Sequence record: MW021758.1
DNA: 64,000 nucleotides
Reading direction: 5' to 3' (one strand)
This document shows positions 28,902-37,442 of this stretch, piece after piece. The notes beneath the pieces are model-generated. The model was not told where the DNA came from. It was given only the letters and a program-made list of their open reading frames with translations, and searched no databases. The position numbers were made by a program, and so were the translations under genes. The first letter of the stretch is position 1; every line of letters starts with the position of its first letter.

Positions 28902-29475
28902 ATTTCCCCTCCCGCCAATGTTTACGGCAGACAGCTACGTAGCTATCGTTACCCCCAATCTGAACCTGTGGGCCAGAACGCAGAACCTTACCCTCGCCAT
29001 CCAAACGGAGAACGTGAGTAGATTTAGAACCGCACCAACAGATCGATTTGATTTCTACCAACTTGTCAGCCATTGCTAACAGTCGAGCAGATCCAGGGAA
29101 CGCTTCGCCACGGAAGTCGTTACGTAGCCCATAGCAGAGCACTGGGATATCCATAGCGTCTACGATGAAGGCTAACTGACTTACTTGAGCAGCAGTGAGG
29201 AATTGAGCCTCATCAACCAGGATACAATCCAGCTTTCCGTTTAACAAAATGTCGTTACGGATATAGCTTGGAAGATCCATCTCTTCACGGATGATGACAG
29301 CTTCAACGTGAAGGCCGATTCGACTGACGACTTCTTGCTCAGAGTCACGCGTATCGATTGCAGGCTTCATTACCAGAGGACGCATACGACGTTCACGGTA
29401 GTTGTAGGCCGACTGAATAAGCGTGGTCGATTTCCCTGAGTTCATGGAAGCGTAGTAGAAGTAAAGATTTGACAT
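28894..29475 (-). CDS. tdk: Thymidine kinase
   Basis: ASMNSGKST, VDEAQF, YGLRNDF, CWCG and CRKH zinc ligands. Confidence 0.97.
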   Translation of the reverse strand: MSNLYFYYASMNSGKSTTLIQSAYNYRERRMRPLVMKPAIDTRDSEQEVVSRIGLHVEAVIIREEMDLPSYIRNDILLNGKLDCILVDEAQFLTAAQVSQLAFIVDAMDIPVLCYGLRNDFRGEAFPGSARLLAMADKLVEIKSICWCGSKSTHVLRLDGEGKVLRSGPQVQIGGNDSYVAVCRKHWREGKYE

Positions 29476-29487
29476 CTAGCGATTCCT

Positions 29488-29787
29488 TTAAAGCGTGAAT
29501 ACCTCAAAGTACCAGGCCGTAATAACACAACCCAGAACCGATCCCAACGCACACCAGATAACCGCGTTGGTGACCGAGGTAACGATCTTAGCACGGAGAA
29601 TCCACAGTACTGCCAGATTCTCAATGATAATCGACGCAATGAAAATAAAGACCAGTTGGTTGTAAATGTCTTCAGGTTCAACCAAGAACTGGAAGTACCC
29701 AAAGACAACCACCACGAATTGCACGAGGTAGATTAAGTTCTCTACCGCCCCGCCACGACGCGGGTATTTTTGGTCAGTCTTTAGCAT
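29488..29787 (-). CDS. Membrane protein
   Basis: Three hydrophobic segments. Confidence 0.7.
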   Translation of the reverse strand: MLKTDQKYPRRGGAVENLIYLVQFVVVVFGYFQFLVEPEDIYNQLVFIFIASIIIENLAVLWILRAKIVTSVTNAVIWCALGSVLGCVITAWYFEVFTL

Positions 29788-30103
29788 GGTGAATGCTCCG
29801 TCGTTTAGACTTGTTATCGACTCTCTCGTTCTCCATCGACGTAGTGATCCTGGCTACAACGTAACCGAGGAACGAAGTGAAGGGCAGGAAGCCGAGATGA
29901 CTCCAGTCTTTAGTAATAGGTGCGATAACCACAAAACCAAAGATAGTCATAAGACCAGCTGCGACCAACACCCAAGTCGTCGCTCTAGTCAACTGACCAA
30001 TGACTTCAGAGTGACGAATCCCGATGAACGTGAAGGTTGACACCACGAAGAGAACGAAGTAAAAGCCAGACAGGAAATTCTCAGAACGAATATACTCTAT
30101 CAT
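29774..30103 (-). CDS. Membrane protein
   Basis: Three hydrophobic segments. Confidence 0.75.
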   Translation of the reverse strand: MIEYIRSENFLSGFYFVLFVVSTFTFIGIRHSEVIGQLTRATTWVLVAAGLMTIFGFVVIAPITKDWSHLGFLPFTSFLGYVVARITTSMENERVDNKSKRRSIHHAKD

Positions 30104-30104
30104 T

Positions 30105-30416
30105 TTAAATGTCCATGATGTAGAAAAGGATCGTTAATGAAACGGCGAATGAAATACTTGGGATCATCGACAGGTAATCCAAGTACCCTTTCTCCAGCCA
30201 CGCCTTGAGGCGATTCGTACTACGGAAGATACCGTAGCTATAAAGCATAATGCAAACGACTACTCCGGAGAAACCCAGCGTAGTAATAACCATGAGTGTA
30301 TCTTCACTGAGGTCTTTGTAGATCACTGAGAAAATATAAGTAAGTGCAGCAGCATAAATCGGAACAATCAACGTAAGTAAACGGGGCACAACGAATCTCC
30401 TTATTAGACAAAACAA
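30105..30416 (-). CDS. Membrane protein
   Basis: Three hydrophobic segments. Confidence 0.7.
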   Translation of the reverse strand: MFCLIRRFVVPRLLTLIVPIYAAALTYIFSVIYKDLSEDTLMVITTLGFSGVVVCIMLYSYGIFRSTNRLKAWLEKGYLDYLSMIPSISFAVSLTILFYIMDI

Positions 30417-30425
30417 AAAATAGAG

Positions 30426-30445
30426 GGCAGGGAACTACCCCTGCC
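30426..30445 (-). terminator. Terminator closing the acidic-peptide unit
   Basis: GGCAGGG-AACTAC-CCCTGCC, U-tract on -. Confidence 0.75.
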
Positions 30446-30456
30446 GAAGAACGAAC

Positions 30457-30573
30457 TTAATCGTCTTCATCCTCTACTTCTCCAACTTCCAGCTCTTCCT
30501 CTTCTTCGTCCAATTCCCCCGCAGCAGCAGAACAAAGAATAGCACCCATGATAAAGTCCAAGAAATCACCCAT
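30457..30573 (-). CDS. 38-aa acidic micropeptide (MGDFLDFIMGAILCSAAAGELDEEEEELEVGEVEDEDD)
   Basis: Manual translation; SD GGAG; lies between promoter 30618 and terminator 30426. Confidence 0.8.
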   Translation of the reverse strand: MGDFLDFIMGAILCSAAAGELDEEEEELEVGEVEDEDD

Positions 30574-30617
30574 CTTTAAAAACTCCAATATGTTTTATTA
30601 AATGTTCATTCAAATAA

Positions 30618-30634
30618 GTGATATAGTTCTGAAA
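30618..30634 (-). promoter_or_regulatory. phiKZ-type early promoter
   Basis: Minus strand TTTCAGAACTATATCAC followed by TTATTTGAAT (as at 60334). Confidence 0.75.
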
Positions 30635-30647
30635 AGAATTCGAATAA

Positions 30648-30671
30648 GGTAGAGAGCCGAAGCCCTCTACC
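30648..30671 (-). terminator. Terminator after phoH
   Basis: Minus strand GGTAGAGGGC-TTCG-GCTCTCTACC. Confidence 0.75.
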
Positions 30672-30677
30672 CAATGG

Positions 30678-31463
30678 TTACGAATAAATCTCCAGACCCA
30701 GCTGACAGATCGGTGAACGCACGCAGTCATCCTTAACGAACTTGATTACGGGAATGTCAATATCCCGTTCTTCAATACGACGAATCAGATCAAGCAGACC
30801 TGAATCGTTTTTGTTTGGCAGATCGCACTGCTCAATGTCGCCATTGATAATTACAGTGGAGTTCATGCCGATACGCGTAATGAAGAGACGCATCTGGTTG
30901 ACAGTAACGTTCTGAGCTTCGTCCAGAATGACAACCGCATCATCGAATGTACGACCACGCATATAAGCGAAAGGTGCAATCTCGACTTTCTCGATCATCG
31001 GTTTCAGGCAATACTCGAGGAAGCTATTACCCAGGCGTTTACGCAACACGTCGTAAACTGGACGGAAGAACGGGCGGAATTTTTCGGAGATGTCACCGGG
31101 CAAGAAACCCAGATCTTCTTCAGCAGTCAACACAGGACGCGTTACGATAATCCGATCAGTCTCTTTTGCCAGAAGACGATCAGCTGCCCAGGCAGCGCAG
31201 ATATAGGTTTTACCTGCACCAGCAGAGCCCGTAGACACGATGATGTTGCTTAGTTCTAAAGCGTTAAGGTATTGCGCTTGGTTATCGTTACGTGGCTCCA
31301 GAGGGCTTGTATCGCGCTTCTCTTTAGCCATGCCGATAACGTCGTGACCACCGGCAGTTGGGAACTCTACCAGATTATCAATGCCACGATTGTTTTGTCT
31401 TTTTGCTTTACGAACATCGCGACGTTTAACTGTCGCGGCTTTTTGACGACCCATCTGTACCAC
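30678..31463 (-). CDS. phoH: PhoH-like ATPase
   Basis: GSAGAGKT, LGFLPGD, AYMRGRTF, LDEAQN, GDIEQCD. Confidence 0.95.
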   Translation of the reverse strand: MVQMGRQKAATVKRRDVRKAKRQNNRGIDNLVEFPTAGGHDVIGMAKEKRDTSPLEPRNDNQAQYLNALELSNIIVSTGSAGAGKTYICAAWAADRLLAKETDRIIVTRPVLTAEEDLGFLPGDISEKFRPFFRPVYDVLRKRLGNSFLEYCLKPMIEKVEIAPFAYMRGRTFDDAVVILDEAQNVTVNQMRLFITRIGMNSTVIINGDIEQCDLPNKNDSGLLDLIRRIEERDIDIPVIKFVKDDCVRSPICQLGLEIYS

Positions 31464-31581
31464 CTTAGCGGGAGATTAAGAGGTTTCTTAAACGGGGGAG
31501 TTCAGAAACGTTTCGCGTTCATAAAAAATAAAAGAGTAATACGTAAAATAATCCCCTACCCGGATAGGTAGAGGGATCGGT

Positions 31582-31947
31582 TTAGTTCATGACAACCCAA
31601 GTACCTTTAGGAGCGTACTTGCGATAGAATTCTTTCTTGGCACCGTTACGAATCATGGCTACGATGATGTTACCGTTCTCGGTTGTGATCTTGGCCATCA
31701 GCTCGAAGCCTGCATCGCATTGGAAGAAGCTAACGACGTAGACGAGGTTATCTTTATCGATACCGTTGTCATTGTACATCAGCGTACAGCGAGAGGTTTT
31801 ATGGGTTTGCAGGTTTTTGACCCGAGCAGTAGTGTCGCCCACTACGAAATCGTAGTCAGGTGCGTCGCTCATGTGGATCAGACTTGCATTGGCAGAGAAA
31901 GATGCCAGGGACAGTACGGCTACGAATAACGCGATAACGAATTTCAT
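31582..31947 (-). CDS. Secreted two-Cys family protein A
   Basis: Signal peptide ending ANA; C-x22-C. Confidence 0.85.
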   Translation of the reverse strand: MKFVIALFVAVLSLASFSANASLIHMSDAPDYDFVVGDTTARVKNLQTHKTSRCTLMYNDNGIDKDNLVYVVSFFQCDAGFELMAKITTENGNIIVAMIRNGAKKEFYRKYAPKGTWVVMN

Positions 31948-32285
31948 TTGGTTGTTTCCTTATTGAAGTAGTTGCTGTAGTAAACTACATTGGTTGCCTT
32001 GTCACCGATGATAGCTTGCGTGAAAGGTTGGTTGTCGTAGGTCTTGTGGGCGAACATTATGTTGGCGCCACAACTATAGAGTTTCAGTTGGTACTTTCCG
32101 TATTCTGAATCGAGTTCCCGGCTGGTCTTCTCTAACTCACAATACAGGGTCTGGTCGTCGTAATTAACGACTGAGGTTTTATCACCGATCACGGCATTAA
32201 AGTCAGTTCCCTCACTAAGGGTCGTGGTGTCAGCATATGCGCTAAAAGAAATCAAAGCCAGTAATACGATGATAAAACGGTTCAT
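31944..32285 (-). CDS. Secreted two-Cys family protein B
   Basis: Signal peptide ending AYA; C-x22-C. Confidence 0.85.
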   Translation of the reverse strand: MNRFIIVLLALISFSAYADTTTLSEGTDFNAVIGDKTSVVNYDDQTLYCELEKTSRELDSEYGKYQLKLYSCGANIMFAHKTYDNQPFTQAIIGDKATNVVYYSNYFNKETTK

Positions 32286-32303
32286 GTCAAATTGCCTTAT
32301 TGA

Positions 32304-32663
32304 TTAGTCGATGAGTTCAAGAGCAGCCAGCGGCAGTTCTTTGGTGTAGAGAGTATCTTTGTACAGGAAGACGCTAACTTCTACAGTGTGACGTTCTTGG
32401 TTAGTGGTGAAGGTAGCCCACATCTTACCACCACAAAGGTAGTTAGCACCACGGTAAGTTGTACCATCACTTTCTTTACCCGTGATGTTTTCGTTGAAGG
32501 TACAACGAGTAACACCGCCGTGTGCGTCGTTCTTAATTTTCAGCAGGTTACCGCGAAGAGTAATCTCATTGCTGTAGTCATCGTACAGACGATAGTTGTT
32601 AGCATAAGCAGAACCAGCAAAAGTCAGAAGAGCGATAGCGAAGATAGCGTGGATGAGTTTCAT
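32304..32663 (-). CDS. Secreted two-Cys family protein C
   Basis: Signal peptide ending AYA; C-x22-C. Confidence 0.85.
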   Translation of the reverse strand: MKLIHAIFAIALLTFAGSAYANNYRLYDDYSNEITLRGNLLKIKNDAHGGVTRCTFNENITGKESDGTTYRGANYLCGGKMWATFTTNQERHTVEVSVFLYKDTLYTKELPLAALELID

Positions 32664-32733
32664 TTGGTTTTCCTAATTAAGATTGGGACAAGTGAGAATA
32701 AACTAGGGGAACATGTCCCCCTAGTAAAGTTTG

Positions 32734-33186
32734 TTAAGCAATTTTGCACTGAGCCATTTCACAACCGGCATATCTGGAAGTGACATAATGGAGAGCATCA
32801 TTGTGATGTTTCCATGGCGCCGTAAAACCGTACCAGGAAGCCCCAACAGCGATTAACAGGTTACCCAACACTTCGCCTTGGGCATACTCTCCAAAGACGA
32901 TTACGCGAGTTCCCAGTTCAGTTTCCAGGTTCACCAGGCCAGGTAAGTCCATGTAGGTTGTGAAGTCGTATTCGTTGGCCACCACTACGGCATATTTCTG
33001 TTCTTTTATTTCGAAGAATTTGAACGAGTTTTTATTAGCCTTGGCCAATTCAAACGCTTCACCGAATTCGTTCCCAAGAATGCATTTTACAATTGCGGTC
33101 TGGAAAGGTGAATCAGACAGCGCGATGAAAGCATGACCTTCTACGTCTGACTTAACGAATTTCTTGAGGTGTTGGATCGGGTTCAT
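32734..33186 (-). CDS. Hypothetical protein
   Basis: 150 aa, SD AAGGA. Confidence 0.8.
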   Translation of the reverse strand: MNPIQHLKKFVKSDVEGHAFIALSDSPFQTAIVKCILGNEFGEAFELAKANKNSFKFFEIKEQKYAVVVANEYDFTTYMDLPGLVNLETELGTRVIVFGEYAQGEVLGNLLIAVGASWYGFTAPWKHHNDALHYVTSRYAGCEMAQCKIA

Positions 33187-33261
33187 TGTTATTTCCTTTT
33201 TAAGTTTAAAGTGTTTGTATTTAGTTATTAAAGGAGGGGATTTCCCCTCCGTATTTTTTGG

Positions 33262-33582
33262 TTATTTCTTCAGAACCGAATCAATGAAGTCCGGGTAGTC
33301 GTCTTTCTGATCGAAGATAGCGAACGTGATCAGTTCACTTTCCGGCTTGTTACGAATCCAGAGCTGCTTGCCGTTGCTGCATTTCCAGGCAGAGGTAGCA
33401 TCTTTACTGATTACCAAAGCGCACTTGGTGACTTTACCATTCTGCTCGATTTCTGCTAACTTACCATCAATGGTGAATGTAACGCCCTTGTCGGTATGGT
33501 AGACGTTGCTTGCTTCCGCTTTAGGAAGGAAAGGTACAGTTGCAATAAGAACAGTAGTTAGTACGGTAATGATTGTTTTCAT
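33262..33582 (-). CDS. Secreted two-Cys family protein D (short loop)
   Basis: Signal peptide ending AEA; C-x13-C. Confidence 0.8.
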   Translation of the reverse strand: MKTIITVLTTVLIATVPFLPKAEASNVYHTDKGVTFTIDGKLAEIEQNGKVTKCALVISKDATSAWKCSNGKQLWIRNKPESELITFAIFDQKDDYPDFIDSVLKK

Positions 33583-33674
33583 TATTAGATCTCCATTTGT
33601 AAAATTTTAGGTATAAAGTATTGTTATGAGGAGAGCCTAAGAAACTTCCGATTCCCTAAGCTCCCCTTGTTGGT

Positions 33675-34193
33675 TTAACTGATGTTTAACCTCCGCTTTA
33701 TCTTAGGTAGTAACCGAACGACTAGTGATTTAAAGCACATAACCAGAGTTGGACGAGTTAGGTCGTCCAACTCTTTATGCTCGTGTTTCATGACTAAGTC
33801 GATAGTGATCAATCTACGTTCCTTAACCAGCATTATGTAGAATGAAATCAACGCTGAAAGTATTAGTAGAATAAGTGACTGTTTCGGGAAAGTGTAGATG
33901 ATAGTACCTATTGCCAGAAGCTTCACAAAGTTGCTTTGGTAGGCTTTAGAGAATAGGTTATAGAGAAACATGGATTTATCTACGATCTCCTCAGGGGACA
34001 GATCTTTGATGGTCATGGTTAAGTCGTCTAAATGTATTTTATTAAACAACTTTAACTCAGGCTCCTCCCAAAAACGATCTAACGTGATACCTACCACGTA
34101 ACACGCCCTCCCGCCCATGTCCTCCTTCATAGCCTTATCTACTCGGTAGTTGTTGATAACCCCAAGTAAATAGGACTTTACTCGCTTTAACAT
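33675..34193 (-). CDS. AT-rich membrane-associated protein
   Basis: Two hydrophobic segments; first gene after repeat copy 2. Confidence 0.75.
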   Translation of the reverse strand: MLKRVKSYLLGVINNYRVDKAMKEDMGGRACYVVGITLDRFWEEPELKLFNKIHLDDLTMTIKDLSPEEIVDKSMFLYNLFSKAYQSNFVKLLAIGTIIYTFPKQSLILLILSALISFYIMLVKERRLITIDLVMKHEHKELDDLTRPTLVMCFKSLVVRLLPKIKRRLNIS

Positions 34194-34249
34194 AAGCTTT
34201 CCCTTTTGTAATGTTTTGAAAAGAAGGCTTTACTATAGACCTTCGCGCT

Positions 34250-34288
34250 GGTTATATAGACACCAAAAAAATTGGAAATGGATATAAT
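34250..34288 (-). repeat. 39-bp exact repeat copy 2 containing an early promoter
   Basis: Identical to 12377-12415; terminator hairpin 34293-34320 lies just upstream. Confidence 0.9.
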
Positions 34289-34331
34289 AGGACTCTCCTA
34301 GGGAATGATCCCTAGGAGAGCTTCTGTGCGT

Positions 34332-34604
34332 TTATTTGCCAAAGACGTACTTGACATCATGTTTGAAGTTTAAGATCGCTATGGACAGTATACCTTGCGG
34401 CATAAGCACGTATGAGAAGAACCCGTGGGCTTTATTTCCCTTGTAACGATCGTAGAGCCAAATACCAATAAAAGGAGTCACTCGAACAACGATGATCCAC
34501 GGTAGCCAATGTAATGGCGATACCATCAGGGCAACGATGTAAAGAATATACATGATTGCCACCACCCACGAAATGATAATACTCTTACTTGAAGGTTTCA
34601 TCAC
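34332..34604 (-). CDS. Membrane protein
   Basis: Hydrophobic, 90 aa. Confidence 0.75.
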   Translation of the reverse strand: MMKPSSKSIIISWVVAIMYILYIVALMVSPLHWLPWIIVVRVTPFIGIWLYDRYKGNKAHGFFSYVLMPQGILSIAILNFKHDVKYVFGK

Positions 34605-34996
34605 AATAGCACTTCCGTTATATTTCCCAGTTGATTACGGTAGACTCGCACTTTACGTTTAACGCCTTCCTTGGCCTCTGAATAGACCAGTGAACCGCGG
34701 ACGATGAGTAATGTACCCTTACCCTCGGCCTTGGCTTTGCTCAAGAAACTATTCACCTTAGCCGAATCCATGAACGACCGTTTCTGATCTGTACCTTTGC
34801 GTAGCGTGCAGTAGAAGATGGATCGATAGTCGCTCTTTATCTCCACCCAAGGATGTCCTATTGCGCGGAGAATATCCCGAGCGTCAGGTACAGGGTAATA
34901 GCTCACTAGCGTACGTAGATTGACTTCCCTGTCAACCTGTAGCACCTGTATCCCTTCCAGATCAAGGAGAGCTTTACTGGCGTACATCGAGCACAT
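34601..34996 (-). CDS. Hypothetical protein
   Basis: 131 aa. Confidence 0.7.
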   Translation of the reverse strand: MCSMYASKALLDLEGIQVLQVDREVNLRTLVSYYPVPDARDILRAIGHPWVEIKSDYRSIFYCTLRKGTDQKRSFMDSAKVNSFLSKAKAEGKGTLLIVRGSLVYSEAKEGVKRKVRVYRNQLGNITEVLL

Positions 34997-35363
34997 CCTT
35001 AGCGTCCCAAATCCCTTCGTAAATGATCTCTCCTTTCGAATTTCTCCGATAGATCAGATTAAAGGTGTCCGAGTCGTAGTAGTAAGTCAGATGAACGCTG
35101 TTAAAGTACTTGGCAGGAATGATCCAGCAGCTGTACCGCATCGTGTAGTATTTACCTTCGAACTCGTCTACGTTATCAACCCGACTATCGTAAGTACAAT
35201 TAACTCCGGAGTCAAAAGTTTTAACGTGGACTACGTCACCCGTGAATATAGCTTCGAAGATATAACCTTCACGGAACACGACCGGATCTTTTGCGTAGCT
35301 AAACGAGATGCTGAACGAAACCGCCAGCATCAACGCAACGACGCCGATGATCAACTTCTTCAT
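34974..35363 (-). CDS. Secreted two-Cys family protein E
   Basis: Signal peptide ending SYA; C-x22-C. Confidence 0.8.
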   Translation of the reverse strand: MKKLIIGVVALMLAVSFSISFSYAKDPVVFREGYIFEAIFTGDVVHVKTFDSGVNCTYDSRVDNVDEFEGKYYTMRYSCWIIPAKYFNSVHLTYYYDSDTFNLIYRRNSKGEIIYEGIWDAKDVLDVRQ

Positions 35364-35755
35364 CAGAGTACTCCTTTCATTTCCTCCGTCTTAAAGTAGG
35401 CGAGGATATGTGGATGGAGCTCTTTGACCTTATGGGAAAGAGCGGTGAGTTTATCCTCCACTCCAAGACCGGCCATCGCGTTGTAGTTATCATCGCTGAG
35501 TGACACGGTTGAAATGGAAGTTTTCATGGCGCCTGCATGAACGAACTTCATACCGACCTTACGGAAGATATGGTATTCTAGCAGCGGCCCGGTGATTACC
35601 AACAGACCAGAAAAGTCTGGACCTTTACGTTCCATGACGTAAGATTGATCGAAGGAGAGAACCGCAGTAATCTCCCGACCTTCGCCGAGTTGTTCACTCA
35701 GGCGCTTCTTTGTCTTGTCAGCGATCTGTGTTTCTGAGATAACGTATTCGATCAC
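35363..35755 (-). CDS. Hypothetical protein
   Basis: Coupled ORF. Confidence 0.75.
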   Translation of the reverse strand: MIEYVISETQIADKTKKRLSEQLGEGREITAVLSFDQSYVMERKGPDFSGLLVITGPLLEYHIFRKVGMKFVHAGAMKTSISTVSLSDDNYNAMAGLGVEDKLTALSHKVKELHPHILAYFKTEEMKGVL

Positions 35756-36186
35756 AGCGGATACCCCATTGGCAGTTGTAGCGTGACTTTACCGTAAGAT
35801 TCGTAACCACGGCACTTTTTGATGGTAGCGTTGATGTAACTGAAGTTCTTGTCGTCAACATCAATGTAACGCGAGAACTCAACCAACGCGTCGGTGGAAA
35901 CCAGAATAGCCATATCCAGATAGCTGTCGGTTTCCTCTGACTCGTAGAAGTAAATCTTCTTCTCACCTTCTTCGCTTTCTAATTCAGCGGCGTCCTGCTC
36001 AAACATCTTAGCGAGGTAAGAACGTGATTTGGAAGTATCTTCCGGGGGAGTAAAGACAACGATATTGTAACCGTTACCAAACCACCCCTTCATCTCTTCC
36101 AGCGTCACTGAACCATCGGTAGTGATGAAAGACCGAGGACAACCGTTGAGGAAGTTACCGATCATCTCGAACATGGGTGAAAACAT
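35752..36186 (-). CDS. Hypothetical protein
   Basis: Coupled ORF. Confidence 0.75.
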   Translation of the reverse strand: MFSPMFEMIGNFLNGCPRSFITTDGSVTLEEMKGWFGNGYNIVVFTPPEDTSKSRSYLAKMFEQDAAELESEEGEKKIYFYESEETDSYLDMAILVSTDALVEFSRYIDVDDKNFSYINATIKKCRGYESYGKVTLQLPMGYPL

Positions 36187-37427
36187 TACGCTACCTCTTC
36201 GGAAAGTTTTGTTTTAAGTGTTTTGTAGAAGCCATCGAAATCACCGATGTTATCCAACATGATCTGTTGAAGTGCAGCGCCAGTGATTGTACCGTATGAC
36301 TCATCATCAGAAATGCCACGGCCGTAATTAAGGATACTGAACTCATTAACTTCCCTGTAGGTCAGTGGTTTGATCTCGATGGAAAGATCAATACGACCTG
36401 GACGAATAAAGGTAGGATCCAACTCCTCTACGTGGTTAGACGTAATGAAGATGATCTTATCGTCCAACGGCACTGGCCCGTCCAACGCGTTCAACATGGA
36501 CTTCATGTCCACTTCGTTGATAGGCGGCTTATTGGATGCAGGGGAGTTTACTGGAGAGAAAGGATCAGGTTCCCGTTCAATCGCTAAGTCCTTAGACATT
36601 GGTTTGGCGTTAATGTCCTCGATAACCCCAATGTACCCCGGCCACAATCCGCGTAGATTGGCACCGATGTTGTAAGGATCACGACGTGGGTCGAATACCA
36701 TGATATCCATCTTCAGATAACCGGCGATGCTACGGATCAATGACGTCTTACCCGTACCCGGCAAACCGTGGAGCAGGATAACTAACTTATACGGAATACC
36801 GCGATCGTAGTACCACTGACGGTTCTTCCTGAAGTTATCGATTGTAGTGATGATCTTCGTTTTAGTCTCAGCATCGATAACTACTGTATCGAGATCACGA
36901 CTAGGTATCTTAACCGAGGCACCTGCACCTTGTTCTGAAATATACGTGTGCGTATTACGATCTGGCGAGCGAGATATCTCCGCAAAGAATTGATCGATGA
37001 GCGCATGGTTACGGGTAAAGAATCGGAATTCCATATCCATTGACCCATCATTACGACCATTGCTCTGTACCATCTTCTTAGTGAACTTAACAGGCCTGCA
37101 TTTATAGAAGAACCAATGAGTCCCCATCCCGGCAGACTGTTTGCCGTTACCCGTTACTGACGGCTGTACCGAACGTACGTAGCGAACCCACTTACTACTG
37201 GAGAACCACTCTTCAAAGTTAGAAAAGTGCGTATAGTTGAAGATTGTCTCCATGTTGATGCGTGTAGTGAGGTGGTGTAAGAAGAAGTTGAATAACTTAG
37301 ATGGTAAGCCCTTCACCACCGCTGTAATCAACATCACCCCAGAGCCGCCAAACAACACGCTAAGTAACATGTTGTCTTTTGCAATGTGGTTGAATTTCTC
37401 AAGCACAGTCATTATTGACTCTAACAT
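36186..37427 (-). CDS. BCS1-like membrane-anchored AAA+ ATPase
   Basis: N-terminal TM; WY..RGIPYK...LLHGLPGTGKTS, IEDI, LNALDG, TSNH.E.LDP..IRPGRID. Confidence 0.85.
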   Translation of the reverse strand: MLESIMTVLEKFNHIAKDNMLLSVLFGGSGVMLITAVVKGLPSKLFNFFLHHLTTRINMETIFNYTHFSNFEEWFSSSKWVRYVRSVQPSVTGNGKQSAGMGTHWFFYKCRPVKFTKKMVQSNGRNDGSMDMEFRFFTRNHALIDQFFAEISRSPDRNTHTYISEQGAGASVKIPSRDLDTVVIDAETKTKIITTIDNFRKNRQWYYDRGIPYKLVILLHGLPGTGKTSLIRSIAGYLKMDIMVFDPRRDPYNIGANLRGLWPGYIGVIEDINAKPMSKDLAIEREPDPFSPVNSPASNKPPINEVDMKSMLNALDGPVPLDDKIIFITSNHVEELDPTFIRPGRIDLSIEIKPLTYREVNEFSILNYGRGISDDESYGTITGAALQQIMLDNIGDFDGFYKTLKTKLSEEVA

Positions 37428-37442
37428 TTCCCCGTTACCTTT

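Noticed and set aside
33597-33610. phiKZ-type middle promoter (AAATTTTAC on minus strand)
   Set aside because: A single low-information match in AT-rich DNA; not supportable without TSS data
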